Shown here piece after piece: positions 28,583 to 38,731 of a stretch of DNA of 64,000 bases (its first letter is position 1; each line of letters opens with the position of its first letter). The notes under the pieces are model-generated. The model did not search any database. It saw only the letters and a list, made by a program, of their open reading frames with translations, and was not told where the DNA came from. The position numbers and the translations under genes are program-made. Source of the stretch: a virus; IMG/VR virus record IMGVR_UViG_3300034198_015644, positions 1 to 64,000 of that record. One strand, 5' to 3'.

Positions 28583-31363
28583 ATGGATATCTCACAAAAA
28601 ATACTTAGCGACATCACTGTTCATATGAAGTACGCGAAGTATGTACCCGAATTACAACGAAGAGAAACTTGGGACGAATTAGTAACACGAAATATGAATA
28701 TGCATATTAAAAAATACCCAAAGATTGAAAATGAAATAAGAGAAGCGTATAAATTAGTTTTTGATAAAAAAGTTTTACCTTCAATGAGATCTTTACAATT
28801 TGGAGGAAAACCTATTGAGATAAGTCCTAATAGAGTATACAATTGTTTTGGTAGAGAAACTGAATTTATCACAGACCAAGGATTAAAATCATTTAAAGAT
28901 TTTAATGATGGAGATGATGTTTTAGTTTTAACACATAAAGGCAATTGGAAACCTGCTAAAGTAAAAAAATACGGGGAACAAAAATTAAATAAGATTAAAT
29001 TTGTTAGAGGTAACTCATCAAAAACTGTAAGAGCAACAGGAAATCATAGATGGATATTATTTAACGGAAACGAGACTACTAACTTAAATGTTGGTGACGT
29101 AATTTACCCAACTCAACAGAACAAAAATTTTAATTATGACAATGCATCAATTCTCGAAAAATTATATTGGTGCTATGGGTATGTTTTTGGTGACGGAACT
29201 AAAGTTAAACAGAATGGAGAATATAAGTATTCTATGGTAAGACTCTGCGGTAAAGATGCATTACAGTATTTACACAGATTTAAAGAAATGGGTTTTGGTA
29301 CGTCTGAATCTTTGAGTTTAGGTGGCGACATTATGGTATACACGGGTAAATATTTAAAAACTGCGCCAGACCCTAAAATTGATAGTATTAGTCAGATTAA
29401 AGCATTTATGGATGGATATCTTTCTGCTGACGGTTATAAAAACCCTGATTGGTATGAAAATAATGAATTATCAAAATATAAAAACATTTTATCTTCCCAA
29501 GAAGACCACCAAGAATTTTTAGAAAAATTTTTAGATTTATGCGGATATTACATTACAAATATTGGTGATTTAACTGGTCAAGAAACAAATTATGGCGTTA
29601 GAGTAAACACTAAAAGATATTCCATAACAAATCATATTGGAAGTAGAAACAATACATCTTGGTCAGTGAAAGAAATTGTTGAGGACGAAATCGAAGAAGT
29701 TTGGTGTTTAGAAGTTAAAGACGACGCTAGTTTTGTCTTAGGAGGTGGTATAGTAACAGGTAATTGTGCTTATTTACCTATTGACCACATTGATAGTTTT
29801 TCTGAAGTAATGTTTTTATTGTTAGGAGGAACGGGTGTTGGTTATTCGGTACAAAAACACCATATTGATGATTTACCTGAAATTAGAAAACCAAATGCAG
29901 GAAGGACTCGTAGATATTTGATTGGTGATAGTATTGAAGGATGGGCGGATGCAATTAAAACTTTAATGAAATCTTATTTTGGAGAAACAACATCTACACC
30001 AATATTTGATTACTCCGATATTAGACCAAAAGGTGCACATCTATTAACATCGGGTGGAAAGGCTCCGGGTCCTCAACCTTTAAAAGATTGTATTCATAAT
30101 ATTAAAAAAGTTTTGGATGAAGTTGAAGACGGTAATAAATTAAAACCAATTCAAGTACACGACATAGTGTGTCATATTGCAGACGCAGTACTTGCAGGAG
30201 GTATTCGTAGAGCGGCATTAATTAGTTTATTTAATGCTGATGATCATGAAATGATTTCTTGTAAATCGGGACCTTGGTGGGAACAAAATCCACAAAGAGG
30301 AAGAGCAAATAATTCCGCAGTTTTAGTTAGACATAAGGCAACTGAAGAATTTTTTATGGATCTTTGGAAACGTATTGAGGCATCTGGAGCAGGAGAACCT
30401 GGAATTTATTTTACTAATGATAAAGATTGGGGAACTAATCCTTGTTGTGAAATTGCACTTCGACCATATCAATTCTGTAATCTTTGCGAGGTAAATGTAT
30501 CCAATGTAGAATCCCAAGAAGACTTAAATGAAAGAGTTAAAGCAGCAACATTTATTGGTACTTTACAAGCGGGTTACACAGATTTCCATTATCTTCGTGA
30601 TGTGTGGAGACGTACTACAGAAAAAGATGCATTAATTGGTGTTGGTATGACAGGTATAGGATCTGGTAAAATTTTAGATTACGATATGGCTGAAGCCGCT
30701 AACGTAGTAAAAATTGAAAATGAAAGAGTATCAAAACTTATTGGAATTAATCCTGCGGCTAGAACAACCACTGTAAAACCTTCAGGTACTAGTTCATTAG
30801 TTCTTGGAACTTCTTCGGGTATTCACGCATGGCACAATGATTATTATATTCGTAGAATTCGTGTCGGTAAGAATGAGGCAATTTATACTTACCTATCACT
30901 TTACCATCCTGAATTGATTGAAGATGAGTTTTTTAGACCACACGATACTGCGGTTATTTCAGTACCACAAAAGGCGCCTGAATGTGCAATTTTAAGAACT
31001 GAGTCCCCACTTCAGTTATTAGAAAGAGTTAAAAGAATTCACACCGAGTGGATTAAGGAAGGACATAGAACAGGTAATAATACCCACAATATATCAGCAA
31101 CCGTTTCTTTAAAAACTGAAGAATGGGAAACAGTCGGTCATTGGATGTGGAAAAACAGAAAAAGTTATAATGGTTTATCTGTTTTACCTTATGATGGAGG
31201 AACGTATACCCAAGCCCCTTTTGAGGATTGCACGAAAGAAAAGTATGAAGAAATGATGTCACATTTACATAATATAGATTTAACCAAAGTTGTTGAAATG
31301 AGTGACGAAACCAATTTATCGGGTGAAGTTGCTTGTGGTGCAATGGGTTGTGAGGTAAAATAA
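28583..31363 (+). CDS. nrdJ: Class II (adenosylcobalamin-dependent, monomeric RTPR-type) ribonucleotide reductase containing an intein
   Basis: RRETWDE, VLPSMRSL, GGTGVG, GGIRRAA, TNPCCEI, CNL, TTVKPSGT, C-terminal ACGAMGC; no ATP cone seen and no nrdB adjacent. Confidence 0.9.
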   Translation: MDISQKILSDITVHMKYAKYVPELQRRETWDELVTRNMNMHIKKYPKIENEIREAYKLVFDKKVLPSMRSLQFGGKPIEISPNRVYNCFGRETEFITDQGLKSFKDFNDGDDVLVLTHKGNWKPAKVKKYGEQKLNKIKFVRGNSSKTVRATGNHRWILFNGNETTNLNVGDVIYPTQQNKNFNYDNASILEKLYWCYGYVFGDGTKVKQNGEYKYSMVRLCGKDALQYLHRFKEMGFGTSESLSLGGDIMVYTGKYLKTAPDPKIDSISQIKAFMDGYLSADGYKNPDWYENNELSKYKNILSSQEDHQEFLEKFLDLCGYYITNIGDLTGQETNYGVRVNTKRYSITNHIGSRNNTSWSVKEIVEDEIEEVWCLEVKDDASFVLGGGIVTGNCAYLPIDHIDSFSEVMFLLLGGTGVGYSVQKHHIDDLPEIRKPNAGRTRRYLIGDSIEGWADAIKTLMKSYFGETTSTPIFDYSDIRPKGAHLLTSGGKAPGPQPLKDCIHNIKKVLDEVEDGNKLKPIQVHDIVCHIADAVLAGGIRRAALISLFNADDHEMISCKSGPWWEQNPQRGRANNSAVLVRHKATEEFFMDLWKRIEASGAGEPGIYFTNDKDWGTNPCCEIALRPYQFCNLCEVNVSNVESQEDLNERVKAATFIGTLQAGYTDFHYLRDVWRRTTEKDALIGVGMTGIGSGKILDYDMAEAANVVKIENERVSKLIGINPAARTTTVKPSGTSSLVLGTSSGIHAWHNDYYIRRIRVGKNEAIYTYLSLYHPELIEDEFFRPHDTAVISVPQKAPECAILRTESPLQLLERVKRIHTEWIKEGHRTGNNTHNISATVSLKTEEWETVGHWMWKNRKSYNGLSVLPYDGGTYTQAPFEDCTKEKYEEMMSHLHNIDLTKVVEMSDETNLSGEVACGAMGCEVK
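28844..29764 (+). mobile_element. Intein (307 aa) with LAGLIDADG homing endonuclease in nrdJ
   Basis: RVYN|CFGRETEFIT...ATGNHRW (block B)...YGYVFGDG and FMDGYLSADG (LAGLIDADG)...VWCLEV...FVLGGGIVTGN|CAYL. Confidence 0.92.
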
Positions 31364-31384
31364 ATTAAAAATTTTACTAAAAAT

Positions 31385-31414
31385 AAAGGGGGAATAGTAA
31401 TATTCCCCTTTTTT
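31385..31414 (+). terminator. Rho-independent terminator after nrdJ
   Basis: AAAGGGGGAATA-GTAA-TATTCCCCTTTTTT. Confidence 0.88.
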
Positions 31415-31443
31415 ATTTTTATCTATACCTTATATTTATATGC

Positions 31444-31833
31444 ATGGCAGAGAAATTTATAAACATAAGATTCCCCTTTGAAGATAGTAAAAGGGGATTT
31501 TTTGTAGAAATGAATCAAACCGCAAAAGACGCGGTAAAATCAGATCTATTACACCTTTTATTTACTGATAAAGGTAGTAGATATTATTTACCCACATTTG
31601 GTACAAATTTAAGAAGATATATTTTCCAACCAAATGATGCCCCAACCCATAATGATATTATTTCTGAAATACAATTGGAGGTCAATACATTTATACCGGG
31701 TTTAAAAATAAACAGTATTGGGGTTACTGTAGACCCTAATGATGAAAATATAGCAATTGTTAATGTAAAATTTAGTATTGGGGATGGAATATTTGAAGAA
31801 ACTGACTTTGTAGAGGTCGCTATTTCTCAATAA
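31444..31833 (+). CDS. Baseplate wedge subunit (T4 gp25-like)
   Basis: VKSDLLHLLFTDKGSRYYLPTFGTNLRRYIFQP. Confidence 0.9.
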   Translation: MAEKFINIRFPFEDSKRGFFVEMNQTAKDAVKSDLLHLLFTDKGSRYYLPTFGTNLRRYIFQPNDAPTHNDIISEIQLEVNTFIPGLKINSIGVTVDPNDENIAIVNVKFSIGDGIFEETDFVEVAISQ

Positions 31834-31879
31834 AATTAAAAATTTAATATTTATTAAAAACAAAGTATTTGGATAAAAA

Positions 31880-33706
31880 ATGTCAAAAAAATTAAATTAT
31901 TACTCAAGAAACTTCGCAGATTTTAGAACAGAATTAATAAATTTTGTTAGACAGTATTATCCTGATATTTTTTCAGATTTTAATGATAGTTCTATTGGAA
32001 CTATGTTAATCGAATTAAACGCGGGTGTTGCGGACGTATTGGCATTTCAAACCGATAGAATGTTTCAGGAAACACAACTTGATTATGCCCAAGAAAGAAG
32101 ATCATTATTGGCGATAGCAAGAACATATGGATTGAAAATACCCAACAAAAGACCGTCAATAACTATTTTAGATTGGAGTTGTACTGTACCCGTATTAGGT
32201 GATACTTTTGATGTTGCGTATGCACCATTAATTAGAAAAGGGGCACAAGCAATTGGTGCAGGTAGAACATTTGAGGCAATTGAAGATGTTGATTTTTCTT
32301 CACCATATTCATCGGGGGGTATACCTAACAGATTGGTAATACCTAACTTAGATGCCAACGGCAACATATTAAATTATACACTAGTAAAGAGAGAAATTGC
32401 TTTAAACGGGATCACAAAGATTTATAGATATGATGTCAACGTACAAGATTCTAGACCATTTTTTGAATTATATTTACCCGATATTGATGTTTTAAATGTT
32501 GAACAAGTTATAACATTACAGGGTACTAATTATAATACTATACCTTCTTTAAATGAATTTTTAAATTTTAACAATAGATGGTGGGAAGTTCAAGCATTGG
32601 CAGAAAATAAAATTTTTATTGAAGACACGACTAAAGTTTCTGATCGTGCAGGAGTTAGACCTGGTAGGTGGGTCAACATAAGTAGAAAATTTATTACAGA
32701 ATTTACAGATAAAAATTATTGTAAATTAATTTTTGGTTCAGGATCTATAGATACATCAACTTTATTATCATTTTGTGCACCTAGTATAACACAACAAGTA
32801 CAACAAGTTGGTAATTTTATTAATACAAGTGCACTTGGTGAAGTATTAAAACCAAATACAACTCTTTTTGTTAAATATAGAGTTGGAGGTGGGGCTAGTA
32901 CAAATTTAGGTGCCAATATTATTAATACATTAGGTTTTATAGATGTTACTGTAACGGGACCTAACGCAAATACTAATACTAATGTAAAATCTTCAATAAA
33001 AGTTAATAATCCTATACCAGCACTTGGTGGTGCAGATACATTAGACATTGAACAAATTAGGGTATTAATACGATATAATTTTAGCGCACAAAATAGATGT
33101 GTGACTATAAAAGATTATAAATCTAGAATATTATTAATGCCGGGTGAATACGGAGTACCATATAGAACAAATGTAACTGAAGAACAAAATAAGATTGTTG
33201 TTTCATTATTGACACTTGGAACTGACGGTAAATTATCCAATCAATCTACCAATACCCTAAAAGAAAATATCGCAGAGTATTTAGCGGACTATAGAATGAT
33301 TAATGATTTTGTGGTCTTAAAAGATGGTAAAATTTATAATTTAAAATTTGAAATTGATTTATACATTGATAGTGCTTATTCTAAATCTGAAATAGTAACA
33401 AATACTGTTAATGCGGTTTATAACTATATGAATATAATAAACCACGATATGGGTGAAAATATTTATTTAGGTCAATTGATTGAAAATATAAATAATATTG
33501 GAGGAGTATTAAATGTAATTGATATTAGAGTTTTCAATAAAGTAGGAGGAACTGCATATTCCTCAAACGAGGTGTCACAACCATTAATAGATACTACAAC
33601 AAGACAAATAAATTTATTAGGTGAATTTACTTTATTTGCAGACCCTGATTCAATGTTTGAAGTCAAATATCCCGAAAAGGATATTGTAATTAGAATAAAA
33701 TCTTAA
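31880..33706 (+). CDS. Baseplate wedge subunit (T4 gp6 / baseplate J-like)
   Basis: YYSRNFADFRTELI, DFNDSSIGTMLIEL, LIFGSG, YRVGGG..TN, GGAD, QNRCVTIKDY. Confidence 0.88.
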   Translation: MSKKLNYYSRNFADFRTELINFVRQYYPDIFSDFNDSSIGTMLIELNAGVADVLAFQTDRMFQETQLDYAQERRSLLAIARTYGLKIPNKRPSITILDWSCTVPVLGDTFDVAYAPLIRKGAQAIGAGRTFEAIEDVDFSSPYSSGGIPNRLVIPNLDANGNILNYTLVKREIALNGITKIYRYDVNVQDSRPFFELYLPDIDVLNVEQVITLQGTNYNTIPSLNEFLNFNNRWWEVQALAENKIFIEDTTKVSDRAGVRPGRWVNISRKFITEFTDKNYCKLIFGSGSIDTSTLLSFCAPSITQQVQQVGNFINTSALGEVLKPNTTLFVKYRVGGGASTNLGANIINTLGFIDVTVTGPNANTNTNVKSSIKVNNPIPALGGADTLDIEQIRVLIRYNFSAQNRCVTIKDYKSRILLMPGEYGVPYRTNVTEEQNKIVVSLLTLGTDGKLSNQSTNTLKENIAEYLADYRMINDFVVLKDGKIYNLKFEIDLYIDSAYSKSEIVTNTVNAVYNYMNIINHDMGENIYLGQLIENINNIGGVLNVIDIRVFNKVGGTAYSSNEVSQPLIDTTTRQINLLGEFTLFADPDSMFEVKYPEKDIVIRIKS

Positions 33707-33714
33707 TTTTGTAA

Positions 33715-33744
33715 TTTACAAAATTAAAATATTAAATATTTTTG
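33715..33744 (+). promoter_or_regulatory. Host-type promoter for the 33750 gene
   Basis: TTTACA-N16-TATTTTTG (TAnnTTTG), 5 nt before the ATG. Confidence 0.45.
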
Positions 33745-33749
33745 ATAAT

Positions 33750-34064
33750 ATGGGATGCGGATGTAAAAACAATAGCGAATTTGTCGTAAGTGACGGTAAT
33801 ACAAATAGTAGTACATACACTATAGTAGGAAAAAAAGATTTTACTGAAAAATTTGGAGATTTTTTACTTAGAAAAAATAAATTTTCTATTTTTGGTATTT
33901 TTTTATTTTTTATTATAACACCAGTAACACTGGCTTTTATGATACCAATAGTTATTATTTTTTTATTCAATAAACTAATTTTTGGTAAAGATACTAACCC
34001 TGTAAATTTAATAGCTTTTTCTAAAGATAAAAGTTATAAAAATTTTAAAAAAATAAAAAAATAA
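33750..34064 (+). CDS. Small membrane protein with MGCGCK N-terminus
   Basis: Hydrophobic FSIFGIFLFFIITPVTLAFMIPIVIIFLF segment, basic C-terminus. Confidence 0.7.
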   Translation: MGCGCKNNSEFVVSDGNTNSSTYTIVGKKDFTEKFGDFLLRKNKFSIFGIFLFFIITPVTLAFMIPIVIIFLFNKLIFGKDTNPVNLIAFSKDKSYKNFKKIKK

Positions 34065-34084
34065 TATTTATTTAAAAATGTTAA

Positions 34085-37000
34085 ATGTCGGTTAGTGATA
34101 GTAATAATAATATACGTATTCGTACAACTCCTTTAGGTTCAGATAGATATGTAAAAATTAATCTGAATCAAAACTTTGATTTTTTAGAAATTTTAAGTTT
34201 AAAAATAGGGCAACAAGATGTATATAGAAAATATTGTTCCGATTACGGGGTAATAGTTGGTAGGGTAATTTGTAATAATGGAGTAGGAGTACCTAATGCG
34301 AAAATTTCAATATTCATACCAATATCTGACGAAGACCAAGAAAATCCAAAAATAAGGGCAATATATCCATTTACCAATGTAAATGATTTAAATTCTTTAG
34401 GAGTTCGTTATAACCTTTTACCTGAAACACCATTAGTTGACGATATTTGTTATACTGAAATAGGTAGTTTTCCTGAAAAAAGAAGGATATTGGATTGTGA
34501 ACCTTGGTGCGAAATTTATGGTAAATACTACAAGTATACTACCACAACTAATAATTCAGGAGATTATATTATATTTGGTGTGCCAACGGGATTACAAACC
34601 GTACACATGGATGTTGATTTAAGTGACATAGGTTATTTAAGTCAAAAACCATACGATATGATACATCAAGGATCATCTCCCGATTTGTTTGAATCATATA
34701 ATAAATTTAAACAATCAACAATATTAAGTCAATTACCCCAAATAAAGACGCAAAATAAAACTATAAATGTTGCACCTTTTTGGGGAAATTTAGATCAATG
34801 TGAAGTAGGGATAAATAGAGTTGATTTTGATTTACAATATAAAATAGACACAACTGCATTTTTTATTGGGTCAATTTTTGGAGACTCCGAAAAAAATTCA
34901 GTAAATAAAAGTTGTAGACCTAGAAAAAATTTAGGAAGATTAGATCAATTAGTTACTGGACCCGGAACTATAAAAATGATAAGAAGAACTCCTTTTGGGG
35001 GTACTGAGTCTTTTTCATTAAAGGGGGATCAGTTAATTGACAATGACGGTACTTGGGTAGTTCAACTACCGATGAATTTAGATTATAAAATTACAGATGA
35101 GTTTGGCAATTTAATTGATAGTGGTAGTCCTGAACAGGGTATTGCAACAAGTGCAAAATATCGTTTCATGATAACGATGAATGATTATGGTGCAGGACAA
35201 GCAAGATTAAGAGCTAGGGCAAATTATTTAGTTCCTAATTATGGTGATTACAGTTTTGACGATACTACACCTGATTTTATTACAAGTGGTCCTACTGCAT
35301 CAAGACCAAATTTTGCGGAATTAAAATGGAATGGAGTATATACAGTAAGACAATTTATTTCAAGATACTCTAATAGAAATGAAAGTACTTGTAAAGATAA
35401 TAACTTTATTGGAATAAAAGATGTTACCGCAAACGGTAATAATAATTTATTTCCATATAATAGGGCAGATGCAAATACTAATCCACTATATATTATACTA
35501 TGTCTTATATTAGTTTTAATTAGTTATATAGTCGCAGTAGTTAATATTATTATCAGTGCATTTAACTCATTCTTATTGGCACTCGCAAACATTTGTTTAC
35601 GTATTAGGTCAATAGGATTACAATGGTGTCCATTTGGATTTTTAAAAAAATTTACAATCGGTTGTTTGGTTATAGATCTTTGCGATAGGAAATATGCACC
35701 TAGTTGCAAAACACCAAAACCGGGACAACAAATAGATGATAATACGGAAAGCGGATTCAGAGAGTGTATTCAAGCAAGTTTAGCAGAGGCTTTAGGTATA
35801 TTTTCATTTTATTTTACAAATGATTGGATAAACGGTGCGTTATTTGCATTTTTATTTAAAATAAAATTTAAGAAAAAAAGATCACCTAAATTTTGTAAGG
35901 CCAATGAACCAAACGGAAGTAATCAATTTATAAAAGATCAAGTTTGTGTTAATGACGGAAGATTGGTAGATTGTGCGGATGTAGTTTACAGTACAAGACA
36001 AGGAGTAATAAAATATGTAGATAGTATTTTATATTATGCGGCAACAATTGAAAACACAATATTATTCCCAACTGACATATATGATTTGGGGTCTATGAAA
36101 AATTGTGATTATTATGGAAGACCAAAAACTGCAGTATTTCTTCCACCAACAACGTTTAATTTACCTGATTTAGAAGAAGACCCAAATGATGCATATCAAG
36201 ACGGAGAAAAAGGTATAGATGATTTGTTATTAGAATTTGATTGTTTAGGTGTCAAAGAAAACGCAACACAATGTGTTAACTTAGCAAGAATATGTGAGTT
36301 ATATGTCGATCCTGATTATATCGATCCTGAACCAATAGATATAAATTCAATTGACGATGAAGATGATAGAGAAGTTAGAATTAATTTAGAATGTTTAAAT
36401 TCTGGACAATGCAATCTATCAATAGCAAATAATGATGGTGGGTTTGGTTCTGATTGGAATAAATATAGGACAACATATGTAGTTGGTACTAACACACCAT
36501 ATAGTAAAAGATATGTTTATAGTACTAGATCTTTTTCTGAATCTACAAGAAATAGTTTACAACAACAACAATTAGTTAATAATTCATTTTATTTTTATTT
36601 TGGTTTAAAAGCGGGATCAACTGCGATTGATAAATTAAAATCTAAATATTTTGCACCTTGCGAAAGAAAAGAACCTTGCCCTATATCGATATCTGCAATT
36701 ATTAAAAATAATGAGTGCCCTAATGGTGCAACGGGAGAATTAACGGCAATTGCGGAAAATGGAACACCACCATACAAATATCAATGGTTCGCCGGTAATT
36801 ATCAAGGAAACTCTTTAGATGTACCTTTATGTTCAGTACCTAGCACTACCTGTGATCATATTACAGGACTTAGTGCAGGTACATACACAGTTGTTGTTTA
36901 TGACAATGTAGGACAAATTTGTAAAAAAACATTTAGTGTAGCTGACCCAACACCATTTTTTGTGTCAGTAGATTATAGTCAATATATTTGTCCAAATTCA

Positions 37001-38722
37001 AATAACGGTTATATTTCAGTTATTCCTTCAGGTGGAGTTCCACCTTATAATATAACTTGGTATTCTCCACCAAATGGGGCTGATGTTACAATTAATAATA
37101 CGGGCAATACCGGTAGTTTTTATGTGACAAATTTAAACCCAACATCTTTTTGTAATAATAGTGGAATAACTATTAATACAAATTCAACCACTAATTATGT
37201 CAATAATGGAGATTTTTCAAATGGGTTTTCTTATTGGACATATACAGGAATGATTTCACATGATAACACTAATAATTGTGCATTATTTGCAGGAAGGGCG
37301 GTAATTAGTCAAAATATTTCAGGAGTTATACCTTGTCCATCTTCATTTCCTTGTTATTTATTAACATTTACTCTTTCAAACTTTAATCCGGCACAAGGAT
37401 TTGTAAATCTTTTAGTTGACGGAAATTTAATTGCCACATATACTAATGGTGGAACATATACAGTTGATCTTAATAGTGTATCAATAATTTCTTTTGAAGG
37501 AGGAGGTACGACTACTAATCAGTACGTTTACACATGCTTAAGTAATGTTTCAGTACTAAGAAAAAATCAATTAGTAACAAATGCCGCACAATTTTATAAT
37601 GCATTAATTACTGATTCATCTCCGGCTAGCTGTCCAAATAGCGTTAATATAATTGTAGATATAAGTGTGGCTTGTCAATTAAGTATAAGTGCAAATACAA
37701 TTGACGATTATTGTACAAATATTGTTGGTAATAAATTAGGTAGCGGATCAATTACTTGGGGACCTTTATCTCCATTAGGCGTACCACCATTTACATACAT
37801 TTTAGATAGTACAGATGTTAATTTCCATTATACGGGAGTTACAAGTGATAGAGAAAAAACAATTGAAGGGTTATTGGGGGGAACTTGTCCAGGATTTACA
37901 TATACTGCAACTTGTATTGATAGTTGTGGATTTTCTGCGACATTAGTTACTGAACTTTATAAATGTGATGGATTAAAAAGTGGAAATACATTTTTCAATA
38001 GTTGGGTCAGAACAATTACTAACGCAATTTCAGGTACAGTGATAAGTACTGTGTCATCAACCACTAGACCTCATAAATTTGAATTTCCTAGCAATGGATT
38101 CTTTGGTTCACCAGGTTATAATTGGTATTACGTAGATTTTGTAGGTTGTTCAGGAACATATGAATTAACTGATTGTGCAAATATTGGTCAAGATGGATAT
38201 TGGGGTTGGATTGGAACTAGCACAAGTAACTCATTTGCAACTAGGGCAATTAACAATTGTTTTGCAGTAAACGGTAATGATAGTAATGGAAGTATTTATG
38301 ATAATAGTTATGTATTTGGTTCAAATTATAATACCAATGGAAGTGGTAATGTACAGGCACATATTGATCTTAGTCACTTCCATATTTTAGGTTCAGTAAC
38401 ACCAGGAAATCCTGCTCGATTAAGTTTTTGGGATAGAGGAATGGGATTAGATATTACAAGAACTAGTATTGTTGGTACAGATTACGATGAAATAATTATT
38501 AATTATTATAGTTATACCCCTAATGGCGGACCTTGTGGTGATTTAATTAAATTAAATGATGTGATAACAGGTACTATATGTAGAAATGCTGATTATATTT
38601 TCCACACTGTATTTTTTAATAATGATCTTGAATCTTGTCAAATATCAATATCATCACCTGATTGTTCAGATAAAGCAATAACTGTAGTCCATACTTATAG
38701 TACTACCGCAAGCTCACCTTAA
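34085..38722 (+). CDS. Large Cys-rich baseplate/tail structural protein with SprB-like repeats and a carbohydrate-binding-like insert
   Basis: YGVIVGRV..NNGVGVPNAKISIFIP...TNNSGDYIIFGVP.G N-terminal domain; long hydrophobic stretch; GTPPYKYQW...GLSAGTYTVVVYD SprB-like units; NYVNNGDFSNGFSYW. Confidence 0.65.
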   Translation: MSVSDSNNNIRIRTTPLGSDRYVKINLNQNFDFLEILSLKIGQQDVYRKYCSDYGVIVGRVICNNGVGVPNAKISIFIPISDEDQENPKIRAIYPFTNVNDLNSLGVRYNLLPETPLVDDICYTEIGSFPEKRRILDCEPWCEIYGKYYKYTTTTNNSGDYIIFGVPTGLQTVHMDVDLSDIGYLSQKPYDMIHQGSSPDLFESYNKFKQSTILSQLPQIKTQNKTINVAPFWGNLDQCEVGINRVDFDLQYKIDTTAFFIGSIFGDSEKNSVNKSCRPRKNLGRLDQLVTGPGTIKMIRRTPFGGTESFSLKGDQLIDNDGTWVVQLPMNLDYKITDEFGNLIDSGSPEQGIATSAKYRFMITMNDYGAGQARLRARANYLVPNYGDYSFDDTTPDFITSGPTASRPNFAELKWNGVYTVRQFISRYSNRNESTCKDNNFIGIKDVTANGNNNLFPYNRADANTNPLYIILCLILVLISYIVAVVNIIISAFNSFLLALANICLRIRSIGLQWCPFGFLKKFTIGCLVIDLCDRKYAPSCKTPKPGQQIDDNTESGFRECIQASLAEALGIFSFYFTNDWINGALFAFLFKIKFKKKRSPKFCKANEPNGSNQFIKDQVCVNDGRLVDCADVVYSTRQGVIKYVDSILYYAATIENTILFPTDIYDLGSMKNCDYYGRPKTAVFLPPTTFNLPDLEEDPNDAYQDGEKGIDDLLLEFDCLGVKENATQCVNLARICELYVDPDYIDPEPIDINSIDDEDDREVRINLECLNSGQCNLSIANNDGGFGSDWNKYRTTYVVGTNTPYSKRYVYSTRSFSESTRNSLQQQQLVNNSFYFYFGLKAGSTAIDKLKSKYFAPCERKEPCPISISAIIKNNECPNGATGELTAIAENGTPPYKYQWFAGNYQGNSLDVPLCSVPSTTCDHITGLSAGTYTVVVYDNVGQICKKTFSVADPTPFFVSVDYSQYICPNSNNGYISVIPSGGVPPYNITWYSPPNGADVTINNTGNTGSFYVTNLNPTSFCNNSGITINTNSTTNYVNNGDFSNGFSYWTYTGMISHDNTNNCALFAGRAVISQNISGVIPCPSSFPCYLLTFTLSNFNPAQGFVNLLVDGNLIATYTNGGTYTVDLNSVSIISFEGGGTTTNQYVYTCLSNVSVLRKNQLVTNAAQFYNALITDSSPASCPNSVNIIVDISVACQLSISANTIDDYCTNIVGNKLGSGSITWGPLSPLGVPPFTYILDSTDVNFHYTGVTSDREKTIEGLLGGTCPGFTYTATCIDSCGFSATLVTELYKCDGLKSGNTFFNSWVRTITNAISGTVISTVSSTTRPHKFEFPSNGFFGSPGYNWYYVDFVGCSGTYELTDCANIGQDGYWGWIGTSTSNSFATRAINNCFAVNGNDSNGSIYDNSYVFGSNYNTNGSGNVQAHIDLSHFHILGSVTPGNPARLSFWDRGMGLDITRTSIVGTDYDEIIINYYSYTPNGGPCGDLIKLNDVITGTICRNADYIFHTVFFNNDLESCQISISSPDCSDKAITVVHTYSTTASSP

Positions 38723-38731
38723 TAAATAAAA

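Noticed and set aside
227-33706. Bacterial extracellular contractile injection system (eCIS/tailocin)
   Set aside because: Interleaved T4-like replication genes, phage-type promoters and the absence of host housekeeping genes indicate a phage genome
33750-34064. Holin call for the small membrane protein
   Set aside because: No adjacent endolysin or spanin and no family motif; left as a generic membrane protein
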